Numbered from the stretch's first letter, positions 1 through 13,122 are shown. The stretch is DNA of 64,000 nt from Massalongia carnosa (GCA_965645245.1 OZ287072.1:372001-436000); one strand, 5' to 3'. Notes: generated by a model not told the origin, from the letters alone. Translations and numbers: made by a program.

Positions 1-471
1 TCTATCCCTTAGGTTGCTCTACATGCGCACATCATGCCTGTCGTCGAGCTTTACCTGCCGTCATTTCTCTGGATGGGTTCACTTTTGTTGAGCAATTCAG
101 CGCCGAAGGGTATAGCCATTTCATCAAGACCTAATAAACCGAAGCGAGTAGGATTCTTGATTCATTGGGAGCTTTGTAAATTTTCTTTCTAGCTACCCAG
201 ATAAGCATTCAGTCCTACCTTGCTAGAGTTCAGATCATCTGGATAAATCTCTGTCTATTTTACATTTACAATTGCAATCTATTAGACTGGAAAAGAAATG
301 TCGGGGATACGTTCGAGTGTACCTTATTCCCGTCATTGGAGTTAACTCCGGGCGAGAAACTTGCATATACATAGCTCCCTGTTTCCCCCGCCCTTTCCTT
401 ATTTCAAGGCACCTTTGGCGATCCATCCTTACTCTCGTTCTTACTCGTAACATTAACAGAAGATCCTCGCG

Positions 472-1412
472 ATGTCGTGGTCTTATAAAAAGGTACTTGT
501 GGTCGGAGCAACGAGCGGGATCGGAGAAGCGCTCGCTGCCCGTTGCATCGCTGCGGGATCCAATGTTATTGTCTCCGGCAGAAGAAGGGAGAAGCTAGAA
601 GAGTTCGTACACAAGCATGGCCAAGACAAATCTGAAGCTGCGTCTTTGGACCTTGCTGAGCTTGATAGAATACCTGTATTTGCGGAACAGTCGGTGGCAA
701 CACGTTTCACATTCATGACATCATGCATGACTAATACCATCCAATAGCATTATCAAAACCCATCCAGATTTGGACTGCATTATTCTGAACTCTGGGATTC
801 AACGGAAGGTCGATTTCACCATACCTGAAAGCGTGGACATCTCGGCCATTCAGGAAGAGATCAATACCAATTATCTCAGCTATGTGGCTCTCACAAAAGC
901 TTTCCTGCCATTTTTCCTAAGAAAGCAGGAGCAATCGGCTCTGATCTTGTAACACCATCCTCTTGCTCTAGACTTAATCATTGTGCTGACTTGTCTCTTA
1001 GCACATCCTCCGGATTAGCTTTGGTTCCCCTTTTGAGATGTCCAAACTACTGTGCTACAAAGGCCGCCTTGCACAGTCTTATCCTTGTTCTGCGTGAACA
1101 ATTGAAGGAATCCAGCATCAAGATCATCGAAATATTCCCACCTGCGGTCCAAAGTATGATTTCTCTGGCTGTAACTCGTCAACGATGCGCTAACGCTTCC
1201 CAGCCGAGTTGCATGATGAGAAGCACCAGCCAGACATTAAGAATGGGAGGCAAATTGGGATGCCATTGAATGAGTTTACTGACGAGGCATTTGCTGGCCT
1301 AAAGAAAGGCCTCGAGCAAATCCCCGTGGGTTTATCGAAAGAGTTTTTCGACGCCTTTGAGATTGACAGAAATGACGCATTTCACAGGATGATTAGATCC
1401 ATGACGACTTAG
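472..1412 (+). CDS. Short-chain dehydrogenase/reductase (DltE-like), 4 exons
   Basis: Rossmann motif VVGATSGIG, NSGIQ and catalytic YCATK (YxxxK). Introns at ~690-747, ~949-1001 and ~1154-1203 join the ORF pieces in frame. Confidence 0.9.
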
Positions 1413-1633
1413 GGATAGAGGTTGATGACGATTCGTGGCAACGCTTTTGGGGCATGGAGGACACTTTAAGGGATGAGAGAAAACATGAGGACCGTTTTCT
1501 GTGAGTTGGGGGAAAACCGCTTGGGAAATAGGCGAGGGTAAAATTCGTCGTTTGACCCCATGAGTCGGTTGTCTGTGCAGCGCCCTGTGACTCTTTTGAC
1601 TTCACAACGTGCTCTAATTGGCTTGGTACGCGA

Positions 1634-1863
1634 GTGACAAAATTAAATTTACACCGAAACTTTTTCCTCACCACAATCACCGGATTTTCCATCATAAACC
1701 GTAGCGTTTTTTTAGTTAATTTCACGAGTTTTTGAACTTCAATAATTAAATCAATAATCTGCCGTTCTGCCTTCATCATCAATCACTACTTGCAAACTTT
1801 TAGGCATTAAATCACGATGATTATGGTGAGGGGGGAATTTTGGTGTAAATTTAATTTTGTCAC
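1634..1863. mobile_element. MITE-like foldback element (~230 bp) with ~46-bp imperfect terminal inverted repeats
   Basis: GTGACAAAATTAAATTTACACCGAAACTTTTTCCTCACCACAATCA (1634-1679) is the near reverse complement of TGATTATGGTGAGGGGGGAATTTTGGTGTAAATTTAATTTTGTCAC (1818-1863). Interior is AT-rich and non-coding; no clear TSD. Confidence 0.65.
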
Positions 1864-3031
1864 CTGCAGTGGACGGATACCTGGATTGATCTCGTATCGG
1901 CCTCGCGCGAATAACAGAAATACGGCATACGAGACAGGCATGCATGCAACCTGTAGCGCCAACTCAGACTTGATCTGTGATCATTTCATTCATGATTTCA
2001 TCATCACTTCACTCAGCGTCGTCCTTCATCGCACCTTCATCGTTGTTCTCCGCTTCGCGTAAGCAGTAATCGTGACTTGGGGATGAGATTGCTTGGAAAT
2101 CATCCAACGAACTGTCCCTTCTTTCCCCTCCAATCCGTCAAATTACATCAAACTGATTTGCGCCAAGTCTTATGATTTGCAGCCTTCGCGTCCTGTCAAC
2201 TGAACCCCGTTTGAATCCTTCATCGACGGTTTGATTGCCTAAAGTAGTTTTGTTTAAACCGATGCGAAACTGTACCCCGTTCCACACAGTCCTGCTCGTG
2301 AATTGATTTACAAGAAACAACTATTTCACATTGGCGTTTTTGATCACCTGAAACATAGAAGAGGAAAGCACATCAATCACGACTCTGATCCCACGAGATT
2401 TCATACTTCGCAATGGCAAGTGCCGCTTCCTGACGACTTTCTGCGGAATCGCCCAAGCAAACATCTAACTTTCTGTAATAGAGAAGCTCTCCGAAAGAAC
2501 CAAAGGGCTCGGGACGATCGTTATCATTTCAAGCTCGCGACCTAGATACGCACTCAGGGCCTTCTGTTAAATCAAACCTCTGGTCGCTCACAGCTCGGGA
2601 AGATATTTTCAACCGACGTCAGAATGGAGAGGATTGGAAAACTATCTGTAAAGTAAAACTCATGTTCGTCATCGAGATCTGGGGTTTCGGTTCAACTCAC
2701 CGTTAGCCAGGACTATCCATCTCGAACGCGCCATGCAATGCAACAACAGTATTCGGCGAGTGGGCCATTCTCAAGCGAATTGTGCGAACGCTAATTTCAA
2801 CCAGGTGATGAAGAAATTGAATACTCCGGTATATAGTCAAACTAGATTGTACAATGAAACCGATGGAAAACTAAAGCGCCTCAGGATAACCCAACCATCA
2901 CCCCAATCAGACGTGGTCGAAGAACTCGAGGATCGGCACGTGGTCGCTGGGCGACCGTCAACAAACACCAAACCAGCTCTGACGACGCGTTAGATAGTGA
3001 CGCTGACATTGGGTCAGACACGACTGAAGAG

Positions 3032-4382
3032 ATGAACGACACGTTTACTGCGCCTGCTGAAGAGGATCACATGATGGACGAAGATTCAGCGATCGCGCGC
3101 GAGGCGTCGGTGGAGGTAAGTTTGTCTATTTCCTGACAAGCTCAATGATTGATCCAGTGAGCAGCTAGATGTGCGTCCCCCGGTGCCCGCTCGAAGTGTT
3201 ACCGCACCATCAGCACGTACGGGCGTATCGAAACGGGCAACGTTTCCAAACTTACTTGGCCTGGCAGCACCACCTCGAACCATGTCAGATGGCAAACCTC
3301 CAGGATCTAACCCCACGAAGCGAAGTGCTGGAGAACCCTCGGAGTCTGATTCGCAGTCGTCGTCCCATCTCAGCAAACGCCGGAAATATTCTACTGAGCC
3401 ATCTGAAACCTACAACCTTCACCCATCTGACGCCTTCGGCGGCTTGAAAGCGTTAAATGAAAGCCTAAAATTCGAGAGCATGATATTATTCCCCAATGAC
3501 CTGGCCAAAGCCAGGGAAAACTTCCGCATCATGTCGGATGACTATGCAAAGGAGAAAGTTTCAAGGAAGGAAACATTTGAGGCTGCATTGAAACGCGCTA
3601 CCCGTCGCGCCAACGATGCCGACCACAAACTTCAAGATGTCGGCCAAGCGTTCGCCGACAAGCTAAAAGCTAGGACTGAGTCCCACGCTGAAGAACTTGA
3701 AAAGCTTCTTCAGGAAAACCAGTCTCTTAAATCAAAAAATACCTCGTTGATCATCTTAGAAGCCGCTACTCGCGAAGCGCTCAAACTCGCTACTGAAGCG
3801 CCCTCCTTGCGCAGCGCGTTGGTGGAGAAAGAAGCCCAGCTTGCGCTTTTCGACCAAACCCGCGTTCAAATGAAGGCCGAACTTGTGGAGCTAGCTTCGC
3901 TCCATGGTTGCGCCTCGGCCAAATACCAAGCTATGCAAGCACAGCATCAGCTTCTCATGAACAGGATCGACCAATTCAATCAGGACTTAGATGACAAGGG
4001 AATGAAGACTATTGTCAGATGTGGGATCGAGATTCAAGAGGAAAGTCAAGTGCTGGGAAAAACTCTCAACGATGCGAATGGAGATCTAGTGAAGGTTAGA
4101 ACGCGATTGGAGGCGGCTAGCCTGCTTCTTATCACGGACGTGAAAGAAGCTTCTGAACAAACCGATAGGCCGACGCAAGCGGAGGAAGAGGCTCCATCCT
4201 TCGCAGGGCAGCCAGTAACAGGTGGGGAGACAAACAGCGAACCTGTGGAGAGGGAGCAAGGCCCTCCATCCAAGGGACCAGAAGAATGCGCCCAATTCGT
4301 GGCTCCGAAGAAGGTAACACTGGAGGACGTAGAACAAAGCGGCGAGGACCGCAACAAAGATTGCAGCCCACAACCGTGTTAA
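3032..4382 (+). CDS. Hypothetical coiled-coil protein
   Basis: 403-aa ORF with heptad-rich E/K/L/A central region. An upstream acidic exon ends GAG|GTAAGT (3116) and splices in frame at CAG (3164). Start codon uncertain. Confidence 0.65.
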
Positions 4383-7300
4383 CCAATGTTCTCCCCCAAT
4401 CCGCCAAAGAGATGATGGCGAGTTATTCGGTTAAGAAGACGCATTACGTTACTATCAAGTGACATGGCGTCGTACATGGGTCCCCTGATTGTGGCTTAGG
4501 GGTGCCGGTGGGGATCCTCTACCCCGCCACGAAAGAAGGAAAAAATAGGTTCATCTCTTCCACATTACCACTTTTCATCTTTGAGCTTTTGTCGTTCCCA
4601 ACTTGGGAGTGGCCGGTTTCACCCGTAGCAAGCCTGCAAATGGGTATTGATTAGTTTACCGGGGCTCAAGAGTTCACATAGATTTCAGGGAGATATTAGT
4701 AAGGGGGGTTGGGGGGTAGTTCTTTTAGGTAGGGGGGGGAAGGGGTGGTACTTTCGTCGAAAATCAGTTGGAAAAACCCACATGTCAACGACAGGGCTTG
4801 TTACTTATATATATACTCCTATCTATGTATGCATATACCCGCCCTCGCGCCTGCAGCAGCAGCATGATTCTACTATTATAAAGCCTTTTTTTGGTTTCCC
4901 CACCCCCCCCGCCCCCCCGGACTACTAGTTACCCCTGCTCATTTACCCTCGACGTACATACAAACGTACGTAAATACATTATTCCAGCGCGTTTTTTTTC
5001 TTCTTTTCTTCTCCTAGGTATACATATATACATAAATAAATATAGAATATATACAAATCGGGTTGTTCCCGGACCTGCTTTTGGTTATCGACCAAACCCG
5101 GAGTTTGGTTGGGTTATCTAAACAGGGTACGTAGCTAAGTAGGTATCTATGGCTGGGTATGTATATATGTTTGTACAAGTTGTTGAACCTAGTGAGGTTC
5201 GTGAATAGAGGTGAACTCTTGATAATATGAATGTCTAGAAGGAAAGCTCTATCTCAGTAGCTAATATTACATTATGTGCGGCGAGCTAGCCCACACTAGG
5301 CCTAATAAGGCCATGCTATCCCTCAGGCCCCTGAGCCACCACCTAAGATCATCACTTAGGTTCACACAAGTACAATAAAAAAACATCATAGTTTTAGGAA
5401 AATCCTCAAAAGGGCGAGAGAAAAGAAAAGGCCCCATTATCCGATTTTCTAATGACACTCTCTCGCTTACTCACTGTTCCCGCTTTCCCCTTCCCCCTTT
5501 TTGCCCTTTACCTTCGCCGGTATACCAAACCGAACCAAAAACAACTTCCTCACCTCCCCTTCCCCTCCGCACCCTTGCAAAGAAACAAAAAACAGCAGCA
5601 GCAGCAGCAGGTGAGCGAGTGAGTGAGCGAGGCGTGCGCCACCCTCACACCAAAACTCTCCTTCCCGGTTATGGTTACGTTCAGGACCAAGGACGAAAAA
5701 CGAAACGAATCCTAGCCTCCGGTTGTGTTGGTTGATTGCAAACGAGTTTATTGGGTATTGTTTTCGTTTCGTTTCGGACAAGGGAGGGGGGTTTGGCTTT
5801 GGGGATAGAAAAAAAGCATCCATTGCTTTTGCGCCAAGGCCGAGAGAGATTTGGGTTAGTTCTTGATGGAATTGTTGTGGGGAGAGCGGTTGAATAAGAT
5901 GAAGAACGTGTCGTTGCAGGAACAGAAGTGGTTGGTGGGTGCTTGGGGGGGGGGGGTAAATGTAGATAGAGGGGGAGGATATGTTGAGAGAATAGACAAG
6001 GTTAGGAGAGGTAGGAGGAAAGGTGAGAAGCGGTGGCAGATGCGGCGATTCTGAGCGATGGAATATGTATTTATATATATAATATATGTGCTAATGAGGT
6101 GATAAAGGAAAAAAGGTATATAAGTGGGTGGGTGGGTGGGTAGGTATTAGTCAGTACTTTAACCAAGTGCTTGACGAGAAATCAGAGGATGGGGAATGAA
6201 CAAGAAAAAGGATCGTGAGGCTGCTATGTGTGTGAGGTAGGGGTAAAAGATCACCTTGTTTTTTCTCTCTCGGGATACCAGGTTCATTTCCCGTACTTTT
6301 TTTCGTCTTATATTGGCCTGAGGCTTTAGAGCAAGCACCGCTTTTAAGATATAAGCATTCCGCCCAAGACTCAGTTCTTGTTTGGTTATAGTTACGCTGG
6401 CGTGCTCGAGGAACTCAAATCTCACGAACATTGTTGTAAAGTGAGATCCTCCAGGTTTGGGCGAACCGCAGCAACACTCATGCCGTTTCTTCCTTCATTA
6501 TATATCTCCTACGTGATTGGAGATAAACTAAACCTGCTAGCCCTTTGAGTGTAGGATCAAGACTCTCCCACAGTTGAGGTCTTCGTTTATAGTATAAGCT
6601 TGATGGGTAGAGCGTTATGGTAGAGAGAGACTCTCGGGCCGTTCTTTGGGCTCTTGTAGCCATATCTTCGTAACCTGAGTGATATATATAGTGATGCCTT
6701 GCTGGATTAGAAGATCCTGGTGAAGCCCAAGTAACTAAGATGTGACTCCATGTGATTTCGTAAAGATCAAGCTATTCCCCTATTTTAGTCTTCCATTCAC
6801 TCAGAATGACAAGAGGGTATAAGAGATCGGTAGGTAGACACTCAAGCATGCAAAAGTAGGTATATCCCCATCTGAGAATCCGGAAGCGGAAGCGGAAGCG
6901 GAAGTTGAAGCAGCTTTCAATCTCAGGGGTCAGAAACTATAGCCATGGATGTTATGCAGGCCTCCAGGTAGATCTCGTAGCCGTGGAACAACGCAAACAA
7001 AGGAACAGTACAGGGAGCTTGTCGTCAGTACGTGCACATTCACCTCCACCGTCACGCCTGGATGAACGCCCGGGTGATCGGCTAGGAAATCATGCCGCGT
7101 TAGGGCTTCACCGATTCCGTCGGCGGAACACTCCACACCCTATCTCGCGATTGGCATCTTCGGGTATTTAATCTCGCCTTTTCTTGCCATCCTAAATCTT
7201 CTCCCACAACCAAACACACGACCAACAACGTCAACGGCAGCCACGGTCCAAGGTAAGCTTCCACTGCCATATAACCCAGCCTGCTTTTCCTGTTCAGCAT

Positions 7301-7952
7301 CTTATGATCGTCCTTCTTTCATCAAGAGGTAAGTCTTAACCTTCATTTTCATCACCTGGCGTAGGCCGGCTGCATTTGGTTATCTAAGGTAAGCTGTCAA
7401 GATCATCGCCTCTCTTCCAAGCTTCATTGCCACAGCCTCGTAGTCGAGCTTCGCGATCCTGGCTATCTAGCCATTGCTACACTGACACCAGCTCGTCCTG
7501 GTGGCTTCTTTCTGGTAGAATTGCTGCTGATCTTTCTCTCGATAGCTTATAGCTGACAACGGTGATTTTTGCCAGCAGGCTGTGAATGTAAGTTCGGTGG
7601 AAGCAGAAAACTTTCCCTAATCTTTCTACCTTTTCCTTTCCATCTCACTTCCATAATCTCAAAGTATCTTTCCACCCTCCATCACTTAACTTGGGTCAAG
7701 CTTCTTTATCATCTCATCGGAGAGTTGCTGCGCTAATGCGGTAGAAGTAGTTGACAAAGCCAACGGGTGAGATCTATACTCCAACTCCATCCGAACTTTC
7801 TTAGGAATTTTGTTGGTACGTTGATCTACCTGATCTCAATCCGGTCTTCTTACTGATGTTATGAATTCCTCCCCAAGCAGACATTGCTAGGTTTCGTTCA
7901 GTGTCAGCTGCTGATAGGATTTTCTTCGTGATCACCAACTTTGCAAGCAAAC

Positions 7953-9931
7953 ATGAATTGGGACAATAGTACTAGTAAGCTTCTTGACGCTCTTCATGCC
8001 GTGTCTTCCTCACCATATCCGAAGCAACATTAATCCAGCATTAGGAGGTGGAGGAAACTGGGGTTCTGGTGCAGCTGATATTTGGGACAACGGGAACAAT
8101 GGCGTGATTGTGGACGCCAAGCCTGAGAAAGAGAATGGCATGGCCAATGGTGACACGAACCATGGATGTCGCCAGTAAGTCGTCATCCGTTCCGATATCT
8201 GTTTGAGTAGACCTGATTCACGGAATAGCTGTGGAGACCCGGGCCATATGTCTCGCCAATGCCCAACCGCGCCTTCTTTTGGAGGAGGCGCGGGCGGTGA
8301 GTGCTTCAACTGTGGGCAAGAAGGCCACAACAAAGCGGAGTGTACCAATCCTAGAGTCGCTCGTCCGTTTACTGGCACTTGCCGCCTGTGCCAGGCGGAG
8401 GGTCACCCCGCAGCCCAATGTCCTGACAAGCCCCCGGTACAATGCCGTAACTGTAAGCAGGCCGGCCACATGGCGAAAGAGTGCAAGGAAAATCGAGTTC
8501 TGGATACCTCCGCCGTGGCAGATGAACTGCCTGATATCGCTTGGGCAAAACTTCAGGTTGCAGATAGAGATCGAGACCTTGATGACTTTCGCGAGGCACG
8601 TGAGATGGTACTTCCAAGATTAGCGGTGCTAACTCGTAGTTAAAGGCTTTGGCAGTGTACTGCAAGGCAGTCCCTGGGACCACCTATGACCAACTGGAGC
8701 GCGCGTTCCGTCTTAATAAGTTCAATGTATACTTGATCGCAAGGGTAAGCTGTGTTGCAATTCGGTCAGCCGCTGTTAATAATTCTAAGTCAATGAAACA
8801 ATAGGTGAAGGAGATTTTTGTTACCCAAACATTTGTTAATTTGCAAGGCAAGCTGGACTGCAAGTACGAAGTTGGATATTACTTCTCGGATAAGCCAAAG
8901 CGCAAGAGTGCTGCGCAGGGATGGCCATCGTCTGCGGCGGAGAATCTTGAACGTTTGAGCGATGCCGGGGTGACTATGGATCGTGGCATCCCCAAATGTC
9001 CTCGCTGCAATGGTATTTCCGCTTTCTGACGGTATATTTGATTTTTCTAACGCTTCTTACAGAACTTGGGCATTCCGTCCGTGATTGCACTGAGGAGAAG
9101 GGAGAGATAGAGCGCGTAAGCGTGCAGTGTGTTAATTGCGACGGACGTTCGTCAACCTTCAACCTTCTCTGTCAGTAAACTGATAGCTTCGTAGCTGGTC
9201 ACCGCGCTCGCGACTGTCCTGAGCCTAGGAAAGATAAGTTTGCCTGTCGTAACTGCAAGCGTAAGTAGATCTAATCTCAATGAATGCAGGGTGCTGACAT
9301 ACAAGTAGAATCTGGACATCAAGCGTCCGATTGCACAGAGCCCCGTTCCGCCGAAGGTGTAGAGTGCAAGCGTTGCAATGAGGTGGGTCATTTTGCCAAA
9401 GACTGCCCAACCGGTGGGGGAAGCCAAGGGTGTAGGAACTGCGGGTTTGATAATCATCCCTGCTTATCACTTAGCCATGCTTACTTTCAATAGCGAAGAG
9501 GGTCACAAAGCTGCGGAGTGTGAAAAACCTAAAGACCCGGCTAGAACCATGTGCCGGAACTGCGACACAAGTACTTACCTGATCTTAGATTCCGATGTCT
9601 TCCGGCTAACTTCTTCTAGTGGGACATTTCTCTCGCGACTGCCCTGAGAAGAAAGACTGGTCTAAAGTTAAGTGCAACCGTTGCGGCGAAAGTGAGTTTT
9701 CCATATAGGGTATTGACTCGTAGCTGACCGAAGGCAGTGGGTCATACTGTCAAGCGCTGCACGCAGCCCGATCCTGATGCTGCTGATATTGCCGGTGAGT
9801 CATTTGACACCGGAGGCGGAGGCGATGAGGTTGCAGTTGTTGCCACTGAGGGTAATTGGGGAGCTACTGCCGGAGGCGAAGATAACTGGGGAACTGTGGC
9901 ACCAGCAGTTACCGCTGGTGGCGGATGGTAG
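7953..9931 (+). CDS. Multi CCHC zinc-knuckle nucleic-acid-binding protein (CnjB/Gis2/CNBP-like), 11 knuckles, many introns
   Basis: Repeated CxxCxxxGHxxxxC motifs (e.g. CFNCGQEGHNKAEC, CKRCNEVGHFAKDC): 4 N-terminal and 7 C-terminal around a central domain; Gly/Trp-rich termini. Includes a probable GC-AG intron at 8596-8645. Confidence 0.88.
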
Positions 9932-10759
9932 ATCTTTCGAGTATCTGCACTTTCTTTCTGCCTGCCTCAGCAAATACTTAAGGCTATACTACGATTATTA
10001 GCCAAGGCAGATCAAGAAGGAGCGAACTTACAATAAGGATTCTAAGGTTTTGAGTTGGTACCAGGTAATGAAAATGCTTGCCCTGTTGAGATCTTTTAAC
10101 AGAAGAGAAGTAGATAGACAGCAAGCAATGGAAGACCTGGTATCATTTTATCAAGACAAGTGTTGAACCATATCTAACAGTCGCATATTGACAAGTTGAA
10201 GTTATAACAGGAAGAAGAAGACAAACGCTGAGAGATAACTAATAAATAGATTGCTTTACACGGGAACTTCATTGATCATGAGTTCATATCGAAACACTTC
10301 ACATAACACGATGAATCTATCGATTTATTAAAATAAACAACGATATATCATTTCGTGCAAATATCTCGACGTTAATTTGCGGAAACCATCGATTTTACAC
10401 ATTCAACGACATGATGAATTTCGTTTTGCGCATTCATCATTTATCAATTTATCATTTGCAAAAATCCCTTGTGTGAATGTCAAACACACAAACATGCAAG
10501 TTATTTATTTCTCACGAAGACGAATTCCGAATTTCGAATTCCGCAGATATTTAATATACATTATATGTGTATATATGTATATGACGTGCGTAGAAAAACG
10601 TGAAGTCAACCCTCGCTGTTTTTTGTTGATTTTTGTTTATCTTATATGGTTTCGCTCTGTTCAAATTGTCGCGAAGATCAGGATTGCAGACATATTTAAT
10701 GTGGACGTGAATTCTCTGAAATAGTCGACTCGATAACTAGATTATATGAAATGTTTGGA

Positions 10760-11226
10760 GAAATCGACGCGGTGATCAAGATTGTGTCTTCTCATGTGAA
10801 ATCGACATGACAACCTGATGCATATGAGCTGAAGAAATCGTCGGGGAAACTAGGAATAACGATGTCATCCAGTGAAATCGACGCGGCAACCAGGTGTTTG
10901 AAGTACATGGGCTCTATGAAGAAATCGTTGCGGAAACCAGGTTTACGTCCTCTGGTGTGAAATCGGCGCGGCAACCAGGTTTACATCCTCTGATGTGAAA
11001 TCGGCGCGGCAACCAGGTTTACATCCTCTGATGTGAAATCGGCGCGGCAACCAGGTTTACGTCCTCTGATGTGAAATCGGCGCGGCAACCAGGTTTACGT
11101 CCTCTGGTGTGAAATCGGCGCGGCAACCAGGTTTACATCCTCTGATGTGAAATCGGCGCGGCAACCACTGTGTATGAGCTGTATGGAGAAATCGTCACGG
11201 AAACCAGGTCTGTGTACATCCCTAGA
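10760..11226. repeat. Minisatellite, ~38-bp units starting GAAATCG (12 units; near-identical core 10959-11148)
   Basis: Core unit GAAATCGGCGCGGCAACCAGGTTTACRTCCTCTGRTGT at 10959, 10997, 11035, 11073, 11111; diverged units at 10760, 10798, 10834, 10874, 10921, 11149, 11188. Confidence 0.95.
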
Positions 11227-13122
11227 ACAGAAGCACAGGCTAACCCGACATATTGACAAGTCCCCAAGCCTGAAGCACTGCAAGTCGACAACATCAACGT
11301 TGGATTTTCTGCAGAAAGCTTTCTCGAGCAGGTTCTTGGAAAACACATGAGACACTAATCCGAAACTCTTGAGTACAAGAATCGTTGTGTTCTCTGAAAC
11401 CCCACTCGACTGTTAAACCCCCGTTCTGGACTCTTGGGGTTACAGCTTAGAAGATGCGAACCATCTCACCTACCAGACCTGAAGGTTCAGCGGCAATGCA
11501 AAGACGTCCAAAAGCCCCGGTTTGCTCTCGAGAGCCCCAGACCCACAGAAACATTGGGGAGAGGAAGTGTTTCGCAAACCCGATACATATCTAGCTGTGG
11601 GCCGAGAATCCCCCCCCCCCCCCGCATAGTCTTCACATTTTCTGTACAACGGCACTTTCTCCCAAACATACCACTCCCATATTAATACTCCTTACCAGCC
11701 CTAAAACCCAGTCAAAGTAACCCCCTGCAATCGTTCATAACTCCTCTAGGTATTCCACCGAATACAGCCCATCCGGAGGGGTTTCCCAGCAGCAGCCCCG
11801 GCTCTAGGGGAGTCATCGCTGAAGGGGGCGCTTAGGTATGTACAATACGCATATTCTGTATTGAGCGACGAGCTAGGGATAGGAAGAGTTCCGGTATGTA
11901 TGTGGGTCACGATTATTAGTGCTCTTTGGGGGCGGTACTTGGGTGAACAGCGGATGCCGCTATCGAAGGAGGGGGGTTTGAAAGACTGTTTTCTTTAACT
12001 ACTTCCTGTGTGTTTTTTTTTGCACGACTCGACTTCTTAGTCCTTTCCTTCAAAAACACCAGTTCCTCCTCCTCCTCTTCTTCTCCTCCGTCTACTTCCC
12101 CGGAACTTCCCACTCCTCCTATCCCCGTCATTCATCCATCCCACCCTCTCCCTGTCCCTATGATGCCCTCCCTTCCCTCAACGGATGCAAGAAATTTAAA
12201 ATTTAAAATAAAATAAGTGCGAAAAAGAAAACCCCCCCCTAAACAGCTCAACTAAACGAATCCTGCCTTTCCTAATCATTACGAAAGGAACTGTTTGTCC
12301 GATTCAACCAATGAATCAGCCAAGGGTTTTGGGGGAAAGGGAAAGTTGTGGTTGAGGAGTTTTCTGGGCTTTCTCAACCCCCACCTGTTTTCCCCTCTCT
12401 CTCCCCCTTCCTCTCTATATACATCCAAGTTCATGCTGTTGCACAGTATGTAAGTACGAGATAAGATGGGGTATGTTACGTACATACATACATACATACA
12501 CAGAACGCGGAATCTTGGAGGAAGGGAACAAAATACAAAATACAAAACACAAAGACCTCGGAGGGTATCAATAACTCGCATGCATCCATCGTTCTTTGTA
12601 GCGAGAATTAGTTCGGTTTTTTTTTTGGAGCGTAGCTAAGTATTATGTACTCATACTCGACGAGGACTGGGGTTTCTATGCGAGAGAGACGAATCTGGAA
12701 TGATTTAGGGATTTAGGGGGATATACGTGAAGGACTACTTGTTAGGAGTAGCGTGTTGGGGGGGGGGAAATCCTGCTAGCTGGTTTACCTATCTACGGTA
12801 TTGGAAGTGTCTGGGTGTATGCGAGGGTTTTTACTCGAAAGCCGGGGGGTAAATATGGGAAGAGAGAGAGGAACTCGAGAGCGAGGTAGGTTAAAGTGTT
12901 TTGTACATATTAAGATTAATTGTGTAAATGCTGATAATTGTCAGCGAAAGGAATGCCGCTAACCGCTGAAAATGCAAGATGAAATGCTGACAATTGCTCA
13001 AAAATGCAAGGTCTCAATAAACCACCATGGTCACATTACCATCATATTTTCGTGTCTTACCCCAATAACCAGTTCTCCTTGCTTGTCAGCTCTTTTGTTA
13101 TTGTTATAGCTTAGAAAAAGAC

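Noticed and set aside
4647..6150. Several 60-120-aa ORFs in low-complexity DNA (similar at 11900-12900, 17400-18400, 33900-34700, 52700-53780)
   Set aside because: Homopolymer and microsatellite-rich intergenic sequence with no recognisable protein features.
10760..11226. CRISPR array
   Set aside because: Core units are contiguous near-identical repeats with no unique spacers; there are no cas genes and the context is eukaryotic.
10377..11355. Short ORFs across the AT-rich island and minisatellite
   Set aside because: The 38-bp unit shifts frame each copy; no domain motifs; these are by-products of the repeat.
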